Source: Hemiscyllium ocellatum (Eukaryota). From it: 64,000 nt of DNA. A program made the position numbers and the translations under genes. Under the pieces are notes generated by a model. It was not told the DNA's origin. It searched no databases and worked only from the letters and a program-made list of their open reading frames with translations. Of this stretch, positions 24,851 through 35,781 are shown in pieces; position 1 is the stretch's first letter; each line of letters begins with the position of its first letter. Location of the stretch: contig NC_083418.1 in NCBI RefSeq assembly GCF_020745735.1, positions 55,755,776 to 55,819,775 of the forward strand, in the 5' to 3' direction.

Positions 24851-26059
24851 GCAACTTCCTCCTTTATTATAATAGCGATTGCAACATTTTATGCTAACAA
24901 ACTTGCTATCCTGTTAATGTCTCCACAACCACAATGATGAAAGTTATTGCAGTTAACCCCCTGTTCAGTGGCACATATATTACATCCATTTCTGCTTGCA
25001 TAATAAACTGTTTTGCAAAGAGGGCAGAACCTCTCATTGTGACCTAGCGCAGGTCAGTACCTGCAGCTAGGTCACAAGGAGCAAGCTAAAACAATGTGAA
25101 AGTAAGGCTTGGTTGCTTATTATTATGACTTCAAATGTCTGACATTTTAGGGGCAGCTAAGTGTTCCGGCACATTACGTTTTATTTTTGCCAGAGCTTCT
25201 CCGCACTATCAGCTTGCCTGTCTTTTCTGCTTACTTAAGATTCAGTTACTGCCAGCTGATTATTTTCAGCACAAAAATACATTTCATTCCCCAAAGCTGA
25301 CTTTATCTTTTGCCAACCTCAGCTCAGTTTTCAATGTCACCCCACCAACTCTTGCAACATCTATGTCGCTTCGTTATCGTTTCTTTTAAAAAATCAATTA
25401 TTAAAGCACATCGACGTGTCGGCAAAACTGGCGAATCAATTTTTCAAATTAACAGTAAATGACATCTGAGTTGGCAAATACACATTCTGTAGTAATAACA
25501 GTGCAATACATACACTGTAACATGCTTACTTAAAGTGTTGTGGCATGCTTAACATTTCATTCCTTAATTATTTCCTCTGCCCCAGCTAATGCTCCACAAT
25601 TTCATGTGCAAGGGTTCGTTTCTGCTGGATATAATGACTTTCAACTGCACGTGGTGTATCTTCAAAGAGAAGTACGATATTCCAGATCATCCATGTCTGC
25701 TAATTCCACATTTCATTCTGAATGCACTTTCAAAGAATTTCTGGAAGGTAAGGCAATAGGAGACAGGAGTGGTTAGAATTTCATAATCCTTTGGCAAAAT
25801 TGATTTCTTGTTATTTTTCAAATCATCGTGCAGATTTGGTATGGTAGTATAAAGGCTAACTAAGGAACATACGGCCTGAATTGACTAAGATGTTTTCTTT
25901 CAAATTTTCCACTCTCTTCATGCCATCGCTATTTACTCAACCCAAGTGTTCCACTATTCAGAAATAAAATGTGCAATGGTACATTTTATTGGATATTAGC
26001 AAACTCAAAATCTGCACCAAAGATTCAAGCTGTCGTTTTCTCATCTTATTTTGATTGTA

Positions 26060-26290
26060 TTTCCTAATGGTAAAGCCACCATGCTCCTACTGGATATATG
26101 GCTGATCTCCTTTTCCATTAGAGAGAGATAACTGGTGGTGGCTTAACCTGAGAGTTACTATGCCTCAGGTGATGGGAGAGGTTGAGAAGGAGAGTCCTTC
26201 ATGGTAACCTCAATGGTATAGGAATTGAACCCACATGACTGGCAACACTCCACATTACAAAATGGTTCTCCGACCAACCAAGCTAACTGA
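26060..26290 (-). mobile_element. Old tRNA-headed SINE, family unassigned (related fragment at about 55510-55670)
   Basis: Antisense GTTAGCT..GTTGG...GGGTTCAATTCC tRNA-like head. Confidence 0.5.
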
Positions 26291-26988
26291 TTCCTGTTTG
26301 TAAAAAAGGTTGTAGGAAATACGCAATGTCTATAGAAAGGACAAATTCATAGTCTAGTGTTGAACTGGCTTAGGGTAAGAAGCTGGAGTTGACAAATTAC
26401 TCTCATCATGCCCAAGAATTCATTCACTTCACCCATTCACAAAAAAAGGTACCAAATCCAATTCTGGGCAGCAAATTTTAGGATTTGCTGAAAATTCACG
26501 TGAAGGATAAGGGTGTTTAATTGTGTGGAAAAACTAGAAAATGAGCATTATTCTCCTAAGAACAATGAAAGTTGAAGGAAGCATTAGACTCATTGAATGA
26601 TGTAACACCAGAAGGAGGAATTAGGCCCAATGTGTCCATGTCAGCCCTTTGAAATAAATGCCATTGGTCCCAGTCCTCTATCCTTTCCTGTAGCCTGGAA
26701 ATCTTTTTCAGCATCAGACACTTATCCAATTCCCTTTTGAAACTTAATATTGAATCCGCATCAGAACACCATGCTGTGCAAAAAATGTTTCCTAATTACC
26801 TCTGATTCATTTGTTAATCACATTAAATCTTGTCCTCTGGCTATTAAACCTTCTGCTGCTTGGAGCAGTTTCTCCTTATTTACTCTATCAAAGCCTTTCA
26901 TAATTGTGAGACATATGGGCCAAATGCTGGCAAATGGGACTCAATCAGTTTAGGATATCTGGTCAGCATGGACGAGTTGGACTGAATT

Positions 26989-27144
26989 CAGATTAGAGTG
27001 TTGTTGGCAAAGCACAGCATTCGAAGGGCATTTGCCTGAAACGCTGATTTTCCCGCTCCTCGGATGCTGCCTGACCTGCTGTGCATTGCCAGCACCATTC
27101 TAAGCTTGACTCTAATCTCCAGCATCTGCAATACCCACCTCTGC
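26989..27144. mobile_element. Short fold-back PLE derivative inserted in a CR1 3' end (about 26907-27195)
   Basis: 16-bp TSD CGAGTTGGAC(T/C)GAATT (26973-26988 and 27145-27160). Inverted arm of about 30 bp, degenerate hammerhead GAAGGGCATTTGCCTGAAAC, tail of about 36 nt. Confidence 0.85.
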
Positions 27145-28024
27145 CGAGTTGGACCGAATTGTCTGCTTTCATGTTGTACAGCTCTATGACTCTAAGCCTT
27201 TAAATTTCACTTTTACCTTCCATATTTTAAAAACAATTTCATATTTTATAGTCTCACTATGCAACTGTGCCAGTGGTGACAATTTTCCTCTAAACTTTCT
27301 CTAAAGCTGTGACATACTTCCTAAATTGTGGATTCCTGAGTTGAATGCACTGCTTTAAATGAGACTGAAGCAGTATTTTTATAAAATATTTGTTGAACTT
27401 CATTTCTTTTGTAATCTACTTCTCTGGCACTGAAGTTAAGGAACTGATATGTTTTTTTAACAAAATTCTCAACTTGCTCTGTCAACCACAATGGCTTACT
27501 ACTAAGGGAGTGGGTGGCATGGGGTGAATGTTCCAGGACCAATAGTGCTGAGGGCCAAGTAAAGTGTCTAGGGATGCAGGTTTAATTCCCAGAGGGCAAC
27601 TTGTGGAATTTAAATTCAATACATACATCCTGGAATTGATAACTGTTCCCAGTAATTGTAATTACTTCACTATCATCTGATTGTCGTAAAATACCATCTG
27701 TTTCACTAATGTTTTTTAGGAAAGGAAATCTGTCATCCTTACTGGATCAATTATGCATAAGCAAGAAATACAGACCTTGTGGAAGATGTCCTCATACAAT
27801 GAAGGAACAGCAAAATGACACAGGAATCCCTCTTCCTGTACTCCCTTAAAGTACATCTCCTCACTCAGTCCACCTAATTGTTCCAAGTTTCTGCATTAAA
27901 TTTTATCTGTCACATATCTGCGATTTCACAAGCCTATATTCTCTTGATGTTTCTCACTATCCTCCTCACTAGTTACAATATTTCCAAGTTTTATATCTCT
28001 GCAAACTTTGAAATGATGCTTTGA

Positions 28025-28108
28025 GTTTTGTATTAGGGTTACCAATCTTTTGATATAATGACAAGCCCAGGTCATTATATCAAAAGGTTGGTAACCCTAA
28101 TACAAAAC
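28025..28108. repeat. Near-perfect hairpin: 38-bp stem, 8-nt loop
   Basis: GTTTTGTATTAGGGTTACCAATCTTTTGATATAATGAC / AAGCCCAG / GTCATTATATCAAAAGGTTGGTAACCCTAATACAAAAC, one U-G position. Confidence 0.95.
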
Positions 28109-28279
28109 ATGCCGAGCACCTCCATATAATTGTCACAAGTCTGAAAAGCAACACACTTAGTTTTCACTCGCTCAGCCACTTTCACATCCAGGCAGCCACT
28201 GCCCCTTTATTTAATATGGATTCAATTTTGCTAACAAGTCTGCTAAATGTAAGTAGTTCCTTTTAAACTGCAGCCTTAC

Positions 28280-28415
28280 AAAAAAGCAAAATACTGCAGC
28301 TGCTAGAAATCTGAAACAAAACCAAAGTGCAGGAAATACCTAACAGATCAGAAAGGATCATTTGGAGGAGAAACAGGGTAAGCATTTCAAGTCAATGACC
28401 TTTCATCAAATCTCA
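28280..28415 (-). mobile_element. Old PLE 3'-end derivative (family C) with degenerate hammerhead; relatives at about 48940-49010, 58625-58750 and 58885-58945
   Basis: Minus strand tTGATGA-A-AGGTC-ATT-GACTT-GAAA followed by a ...TCTAGCAGCTGCAGTATTTTGC tail resembling the PLE tail CCAGCATCTGCAG. Confidence 0.55.
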
Positions 28416-29439
28416 ACATCTGACCTCCTCCTTTAAATACACCTTTGTTGTCACTGTTGATTACTTCATATGACACTATTCTCATCACTTCCTGTGTAAA
28501 TAAATTTCATATGAATAAAGACTAAATTGGTAAAGTACAAAAATTTGTGCCAAGGAGAACATCTTCAAACAAGGGTTACTTGTTCTTGCCATGGGATTAA
28601 GCAAGAAGGAAAAACATCAGAATGTGTTAAAGAGGTGAGTTGGATGTGTGGATGAAATAGCTGTGTGTCTCTGTAAGGTGATGGCTCAAATGGTGCGCCT
28701 TCATCCATCTGTGTTGGTGTGATCCTCTTCTACCTCATCTAATGGTCATACACTTGCAAAACAAAGTAGATTTTCTGGAGCTAAGTTGCCATCTTACTAT
28801 CTGTCCAATTCTTCATCACATAGCCAGAGTTCAGAAATTACTGCCACTTGCCAGTAGGCAGTGAAAACATTTACTCAACCATACAGTAGTTGTATATTTT
28901 TGTGTTATCTGTAGCTCAATAGATTTGATTCGCAGCTCTGAGTCAGAAGATACTGCAAGTATTATTCAAGAAACATTGACTAACCTGCACTGCCACTTCA
29001 AATACAATATTGAGGATGGTGAACACTGTCAGAAATGTGATTTTTTTGTGTGCACTGTAAAATCAATGCTTCTTCCTTCTCCAAGGAAAGAAAAGGGCAG
29101 GGGATTTCTATGAAGTGTTCTGTCTAATATGTATCTTTCAGCCAGCTCATTAAAAAGTCTTATCTCATTCTTACTACATTACGTTTAATAAAATATTTCT
29201 ATGCATGTATTAGCTGCCATGTTTCCTACATTACAAGTCACCTGCTGTCTTTCTTTTCTCCCCTGTTATACTGGATTGGCACAACACTGGTCGATCACCA
29301 TTTTCCATCTTCATCTCCATTCATGTCAATTATTGTTTTTTGGGGGGTGATCTGGGGGAGATACACTTCTGCCACTAACCCTCCCCATTCATGCAGCGTG
29401 TGGACCAACAACATTATACAAAAGCGTGCCTTTAATGGT

Positions 29440-29655
29440 CAAAGTCAGAAGTCACATGACTTCTGTTATAGTCCAATGGGTTTATTTGAAATTGCAAGCT
29501 TCCAGAGCACTGCTCCTTTATCAAGTGCTTTCACCTGATGAAGGGACAGAGCTCTGAAAGCTCACAATTTCAAATAAACCCGTTGGACTATGACCTGGTG
29601 TCGTGTGACTTCTGACTTTGTCCATCCCAGTCCAACACTGGCACTTCTACATCAT
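29440..29655. mobile_element. Fold-back PLE derivative (family B) with two opposed, degenerate hammerheads
   Basis: Arms 29440-29527 and 29532-29620 are reverse complements. CAC-CTGATGA-A...GAAAGCT at 29532-29563. Unpaired tail of about 35 nt. No TSD found. Confidence 0.8.
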
Positions 29656-31273
29656 CACCGGTGTCCGGATTCATCTATAGTTGACGTGCCCTTGAGTAGG
29701 ACTCAAGTCCAGATCATTCTGGTTCAGGGGCAGGAGTGTTCCAGCCTGAGTCAAAAGATCATGTGTTTTAAATATACCTTAGGATGTTTGATAAAATACA
29801 AATTTTTGAAACAATCGCATATGTTTGTGACCGACAAATGTAATTTCTGGGCCTCTGAAGCACAGCGCCTCAAATCTTAAGCCAGTAACTATTTTTTTTA
29901 TTTTGGTATGACCATTCTCTATCTCCAGATTTCTTCATTACAAAGTGATCCATGACACACACATCCATACACTTCCCATTCTCGGAAGAATACAAGATAG
30001 TCAGCAATAAATCTAATAGGAAATTGAAGTTACGCTTCTTTACCCAAAGAGTGCTGATTATGAATCACATTGGAATTGTTTTTACTATGTCAAAATTGAT
30101 ATGGATGTAACATTATTGTGGAAGTGAATTTCCACAGCAGATCTAATACTAACAGTTTCATATCTTGGTTCGAGGCAAATTTCAATACCACTTTCTTCAG
30201 GGCCATCTTGAAGTTGTGAGAAGTGTTCTATAAATAAAAACTCTTCACTTCTCCATATTTTTATTAATGTTGAGGTGTTCAGAACAGATTGCAATCTAAT
30301 ACTGCCAAGTAGAACAGTGAACTGGCAACCAGCAGTAATTCCTAAAGGCCAGCATACAAAATCAGCCAGGTACCAAACCGAGATAGAGTGCCAGAATAGC
30401 AGAATGCCCTCTTGCTAGCAATGACAACTGTAGGGCAGTTACCTTGGGAATATTTACCTTTAAATGAGTTCTTCCCATAAATTTCCTGGTGAAGAATCTT
30501 TACTTCTGAAGCAGCATGTGGGATTCAGGAATCCATGAAAACAGGAGTAGTCCCTTTCTCAGCAGCAAGTCCTACATTCTGTGATTTAGGGGTGCTGTAG
30601 CCACTTTGAAAGAGCCTGAGTGAGTTCAGTCAGTGTAGCAGCAAAATGGTCGGTAGGTTTAAGGGGACAGGAAGGGGGGGAGTAGGTGGTTGAGTGAGGG
30701 AGATAGAAGTGTGAGTAGCTGCTGGGAGGAGGGTCTGGGATGGCAAATACATCAAGGGAAAGAATGAAATGTAATGGTTAAGTGCACAGGGTAGGACAAG
30801 GGACAGATATTGCATCCAGTTGGGATCAGAGAGGGATGGGACTCCAGATCAAGTGGGTTAAGGTTTGGTGTGCCTGGGTGGGGTTGTCAGGTTGGAGTTT
30901 GCGTGCCTGGTTTGGTTCAATGGAAATTGAGGGATGGTGGTCTGTGTCGGGTCAAAGAGAAGTTGGTTTTGGGGTCAGGTTATCAGGCGATTGGGGGCAA
31001 GGTGGAGGTCAGATTGGGTGGGGGTCAACTGGATCAGGGATAAAGACTGTCTGGTCAGCTCATGTTGTGGGGCTGGATATTGCTGGGTTCCAGACTTTTG
31101 ACTCCAAACTTTTTTTCTTGTGTTCAAATTCCACCATCTGCCATGGCAGGGATTTTCAAGGTTAGAACAGGTAGAGTAGTCTTTTTTGGTGATTTGGATA
31201 TTAATTTGAATACAGCTGAAAATGTGTTGCTGGTTAAAGCATAGCAGGTTGGGCAGCATCCAAGGAATAGGAA

Positions 31274-31309
31274 ATTCGACGTTTCGGGCATAAGCCCTTC
31301 ATCAGGAAT
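31274..31309 (-). ncRNA. Minimal hammerhead ribozyme in the left PLE arm (family A), core intact
   Basis: Reverse complement ATTC-CTGATGA-A-GGGC-TTAT-GCCC-GAAAC-GTC-GAAT. Confidence 0.8.
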
Positions 31310-31441
31310 GAGGAGAGTGTGCCAAGCAGGCTAAGATAAAAGGTAGGGAGGAGGGACTTGGGGGAGGGGCGATGGAGATGTGATAGGTGGAAGGAGGTCA
31401 AGGTGAGGGTGATAGGCCGGAGTGGGGTGGGGGCGGAGAGG

Positions 31442-34400
31442 TCAGGAAGAAGATTGTAGGTTAGGAGGGCGGTGCTGAGTTGAGGGAACCGACTGAGACA
31501 AGGTGGGGGGAGGGGAAATGAAGAAACTGGAGAAATCTGAGTTCATTCCTTGTGGTTGGAGGGTTCCCAGGCGGAAGATGAGGCGCTCCTCCTCCAGCCG
31601 TCGTGTTGTTATGTTCTGCTGGTGGAGGAGTCCAAGGACCTGCATGTCCTCGGTGGAGTGGGAGGGAGAGTTAAAGTGTTGAGCCACGGGGTGGTTGGGT
31701 TGGTTGGTCCGGGCGTCCCAGAGGTGTTCCCTGAAGCATTCCACAAGTAAGCGGCCCGTCTCCCCAATATAGAGGAGGCCACATCGGGTGCAGCGGATGC
31801 AATAGATGATGTGTGTGGAGGTACAGGTGAACTTGTGGCGGATATGGAAGGATCCCTTGGGGCCTTGGAGGGAAGTGAGGGAGGAGGTGTGGGCGCAAGT
31901 TTTACATTTCCTGCGGTTGCAGGGGAAGGTGCCGGGGGTGGAGGTTGGGTTGGTGGGAGGTGTGGACCTGACGAGGGAGTCACGAAGGGAGTGGTCTTTG
32001 CGGAACGCTGATAGGGGATGGGAGGGAAATATATTCCTGGTGGTGGGGTCCGTTTGGAGGTGGCGGAAATGACGGCGGATGATACGTTGTATACGGAGGT
32101 TGGTGGGGTGGTAGGTGAGAACCAGTGGGGTTCTGTCTTGGTGGCGGTTGGAGGAGCGGGGCTCAAGGGCGGAGGAGCGGGAAGTGGAGGAGATGCGGTG
32201 GAGGGCATCGTCGATCACGTCTGGGGGGAATCTGCGGTCCTTGAAGAAGGAGGCCATCTGGGCTGTGCGGTGTTGGAACTGGTCCTCCTGGGAGCAGATG
32301 CGGCGGAGACGAAGGAATTGGGAATATGGGATGGAGTTTTTACAGGGGGCAGGGTGGGAGGAGGTGTAGTCCAGCTAGCTGTGGGAGTCAGTCGGTTTAT
32401 AGTAGATGTCTGTGCTGAGTCGGTCGCCCGAGATAGAAATGGAAAGGTCTAGGAAGGGGAGGGAGGAGTCTGAGACAGTCCAGGTGAATTTGAGGTCGGG
32501 ATGGAAGGTGTTCGTAAAGTTGATGAACTGTTCAACCTCCTCGTGGGAGCACGAGGCAGCGCCGATACAGTCATCGATGTAGCGGAGGAAAAGGTGGGGG
32601 GTGGTGCCAGTGTAGTTGCGGAAGATGGACTGTTCCACATATTCTACGAAGAGGCAGGCATAGCTGAGGCCCATGCGGGTGCCCATGGCAACTCCTTTAG
32701 TTTGGAGGAAGTGGGAGGATTGAAAAGAGAAGTTATTCAGGGTGAGGACTAGTTCAGTCAGTCGAAGGAGGGTGTCAGTGGAAGGGTACTGGTTGGTGCG
32801 GCGGGAAAGGAAGAAGCGGAGGGCTTTGAGTCCTTCGTGATGGGGGATGGAGGTGTACAGGGACTGGATGTCCATCGTGAAAATAAGGCGTTGGGGACCG
32901 AGGAAACGAAAATCCTGGAGGAGGTGGAGGGCGTGGGTGGTGTCCCGAACGTAGGTGGGGAGTTCTTGGACTAAAGGGGACAGAACCGTGTCGAGGTATG
33001 CGGAGATGAGTTCGGTGGGGCAGGAGCAGGCTGAGACAATGGGTCGGCCGGGGCAGTCAGGTTTGTGGATTTTGGGCAGGAGGTAGAAACGGGCGGTGCG
33101 GGGTTGTGGGACTATGAGGTTGGAGGCGGTGGATCCCCTGAGGTGATGAGGTTATGGATGGTCTGGGAGATGATGGTTTGGTGGTGGGAGGTGGGGTCGT
33201 GGTCAAGGGGACGATAAGAGGAGGCGTCCGCGAGCTGGCGTTTGGCCTCAGCGGTATAAAGGTCGGTGCGCCAAACTACAACCGCGCCTCCCTTGTCTGC
33301 CGGTTTGATGGTGAGGTTGGGATTGGAGCGGAGGGAGTGGAGGGCTGCACGTTCTGAGGGTGAGAGGTTGGAGTGAGTGAGAGGGGTGGACAAGTTGAGT
33401 CGGTTAATGTCGCGGCGGCAGTTGGCTATAAATAGATCGAGGGCGGGTAAGAGGCCAGCACGGGGTGTCCAGGTGGATGGGGTGCGTTGGAGGCGGGAGA
33501 AGGGTTCGTCAGAGGGTGGGCGGGAGTCTTGGTTGTGAAAGTAGGCACGGAGGTGAAGGCGGCGGAAGAATTGTTCAATATCTCGGTGCGTGTTGAACTC
33601 ATTGATCCGAGGGCATAGGGCAATGAAGGTGAGGCCCCTGCTGAGGACTGATCTTTCATCCTCAGAGAGGGGGAGGTCTGGAGGGATGGTGAAGATCCGG
33701 CATGGCTGGGAGCTAGGACCTGGTGTGGGACTGGAGCTGGGGGTGGGGGCGGGGTTAGGGGCGGGGACAGAGATCGACGCAGGGGCGGGGTTAGACGTGG
33801 TGACGTTGCTCGGTGTGGGGGCGGGGTCAAGCGTGGGGGCGGGGTCATGCGTCGTGACGGAAATAAGCGTGGGGGCAGGGTTACGTGTGGCGGAAGTCGG
33901 CGTGGGGGGCGGGGTTATGCATGGTGACGAAGGTTTGCGTGAGGGCGGGGTTACGTGTAGTGACAAAAGACGGCGTGGGGGCGGAGAAACCTGCGGCGTT
34001 GTGGTCCTGCAGGTTAGTGATGTCAGTGGGGGCGGAAGTGGCTGCGGCAACGGCAACCGAAGGGGCGGAAATGGTTGTGGCGACGAAAGAACCGTCGTCA
34101 TTCCCGGTAGCCGCGGGGGTCGCGAGTCCGTCGGCGATCTGCCTGGCGATCATGGAAGCGGTTGTCTGTGCGGCGATCGCCGGGGCGGTTGTTTGGGCGG
34201 CGATCGCGGAGGCTCCGAGGTCGGTGGGGGCGGAAGTGACGTCACGGTCGGCGGCGGTCATTGGTGCCGCGGGCGCTGTAGCAGCCACATGTGTAATGGC
34301 TTCCGACAGGCCGATAGAAGATTCTGGAACAGTTGAGGAACCACGAGTGTGGGGGTAAGTACATGAAAGTTTTCGGTACTTACTGTCTTTAATTTCTGAT

Positions 34401-34716
34401 ATGGCTAGGAAGAACTGTTTGGTTAGTGTGTGGATTCTTCTGTAGATGAAGAACAGCAGAGGTCCTTTGCAGGCCTGTGAGAGTGTTGTCCTGAGCTGGG
34501 GTAGGGCTGATTGCAGGGAATGTAGGTAGCGACGCATGGCTGCAAGGGTGGAGCGGAGGATCCAGAGGGAGGTCTGTTGCTGGAGGCTTCGGATTTGCTG
34601 TAGGTACAGGTTGTCCTGGTTGGGTCCAAATTTTGTTGGTTGGAATGTAGTCCGGAGTCCGTGCGGGATCAGTCGGTTCCGTAGGCAGGTGCTGAGGAAG
34701 GAGATGTGGCTGTGGT
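31442..34716 (-). pseudogene. PLE polyprotein: N-terminal domain, Pro/Thr/Ala repeat, RT, Cys linker, GIY-YIG endonuclease; disabled
   Basis: HISFLSTCLRNRLIPHGL, IKPADKGGAVVV, DIQSLYTSIPH, QTKGVAMGTRMG, LRYIDD, PFLD, CNRRKCKTC, IIYCIRCTRCGLLYIGETG. Frame changes near 33.9-34.1 kb and 33135, and a TAG at 32375-32377. Confidence 0.92.
33735..34210. repeat. GC-rich minisatellites inside the PLE ORF (NPAP/DPAP and AIAAQTT peptide repeats)
   Basis: Repeated GGGGCGGGGT(T/C)A units at 33735-33960 and GGCGATC units at 34130-34210. Confidence 0.8.
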
Positions 34717-34797
34717 AACTCCATCCCATATTCCCAATTCCTTCGTCTCCGCCGCATCTGCTCCCAGGAGGACCAGTTCCAACACCGCACAGCCCAG

Positions 34798-35613
34798 ATG
34801 GCCTCCTTCTTCAAGGACCGCAGACTCCCCCCAGACGTGATCGACGATGCCCTCCACCGCATCTCTTCCACTTCCCGCTCCTCCGCCCTTGAGCCCCGCT
34901 CCTCCAACCGCCACCAAAACAGAACCCCACTGGTTCTCACCTACCACCCCACCAACTTCCGTATACAACGTATCATCTGCCGTCATTTCCGCCACCTCCA
35001 AACGGACCCCACCACCAGGGATATATTTCCCTCCCCTCCCCTTTCAGCATTCCGCAAAGACCACTCCCTTCGTGACTCCCTCGTCAGGTCCACACCCCCC
35101 ACCAACCCAACCTCCACTCCCAGCACCTTCCCCTGCAACCGCAGGAAATGTAAAACTTGCGCCCACACCTCCTCCCTCACTTCCCTCCAAGGCCCCAAGG
35201 GATCCTTCCATATCCGCCACAAGTTCACCTGTACCTCCACACACATCATCTATTGCATCCGCTGCACCAGATGTGGCTTCCTCTATATTGGGGAGACGGG
35301 CCGCTTACTTGCGGAACGCTTCAGGGAACACCTCTGGGACGCCCGGACCAACCAACCCAACCACCCCGTGGCTCAACACTTTAACTCTCCCTCCCACTCC
35401 ACCGAGGACATGCAGGTCCTTGGACTCCTCCACCAGCAGAACATAACAACACGATGGCTGGAGGAGGAGCGCCTCATCTTCCGCCTGGGAACCCTCCAAC
35501 CACAAGGAATGAACTCAGATTTCTCCAGTTTCCTCATTTCCCCTCCCCCCACCTTGTCTCAGTCGGTTCCCTCAACTCAGCACCGCCCTCCTAACCTGCA
35601 ATCCTCTTCCTGA
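34798..35613 (+). CDS. Open 271-aa ORF in the inverted PLE arm: RT C-terminal/linker region plus GIY-YIG endonuclease (expression unknown)
   Basis: IIYCIRCTRCGFLYIGETGRLLAERFREH...VAQHF...EEERLI...GMN, with no stops. Confidence 0.6.
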   Translation: MASFFKDRRLPPDVIDDALHRISSTSRSSALEPRSSNRHQNRTPLVLTYHPTNFRIQRIICRHFRHLQTDPTTRDIFPSPPLSAFRKDHSLRDSLVRSTPPTNPTSTPSTFPCNRRKCKTCAHTSSLTSLQGPKGSFHIRHKFTCTSTHIIYCIRCTRCGFLYIGETGRLLAERFREHLWDARTNQPNHPVAQHFNSPSHSTEDMQVLGLLHQQNITTRWLEEERLIFRLGTLQPQGMNSDFSSFLISPPPTLSQSVPSTQHRPPNLQSSS

Positions 35614-35745
35614 CCTCTCCGCCCCCACCCCACTCCGGCCTATCACCCTCACCTTGACCTCCTTCCACCTATCACATCTCCATCGCCCCTCCCCCAAGTC
35701 CCTCCCCCCTACCTTTTATCTTAGCCCGCCTGGCACACTCTCCTC

Positions 35746-35781
35746 ATTCCTGATGAAGGGCTTATGCCCGAAACGTCGAAT
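35746..35781 (+). ncRNA. Minimal hammerhead ribozyme in the right PLE arm (family A), core intact
   Basis: ATTC-CTGATGA-A-GGGC-TTAT-GCCC-GAAAC-GTC-GAAT. Stem I ATTC/GAAT; predicted cleavage after GUC at 35777. Confidence 0.8.

Noticed and set aside
33745-33960. Telomere-like GGGTTA motifs inside a telomerase-related retroelement
   Set aside because: They are not tandem TTAGGG arrays and are explained by antisense codons for the NPAP peptide repeat.
33590-34358. Long Gly/Val/Ala-rich plus-strand ORFs (248 aa and 157 aa) and other overlapping ORFs in 31.5-35.5 kb
   Set aside because: These are antisense or alternate-frame shadows of the GC-rich PLE ORF; stop codons are rare at this composition.
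34717-34729. ATG of ORF 33881..34729 as the PLE start codon
   Set aside because: MGWS comes from the inverted arm across the junction, so the ORF is chimeric and the true 5' end is missing.
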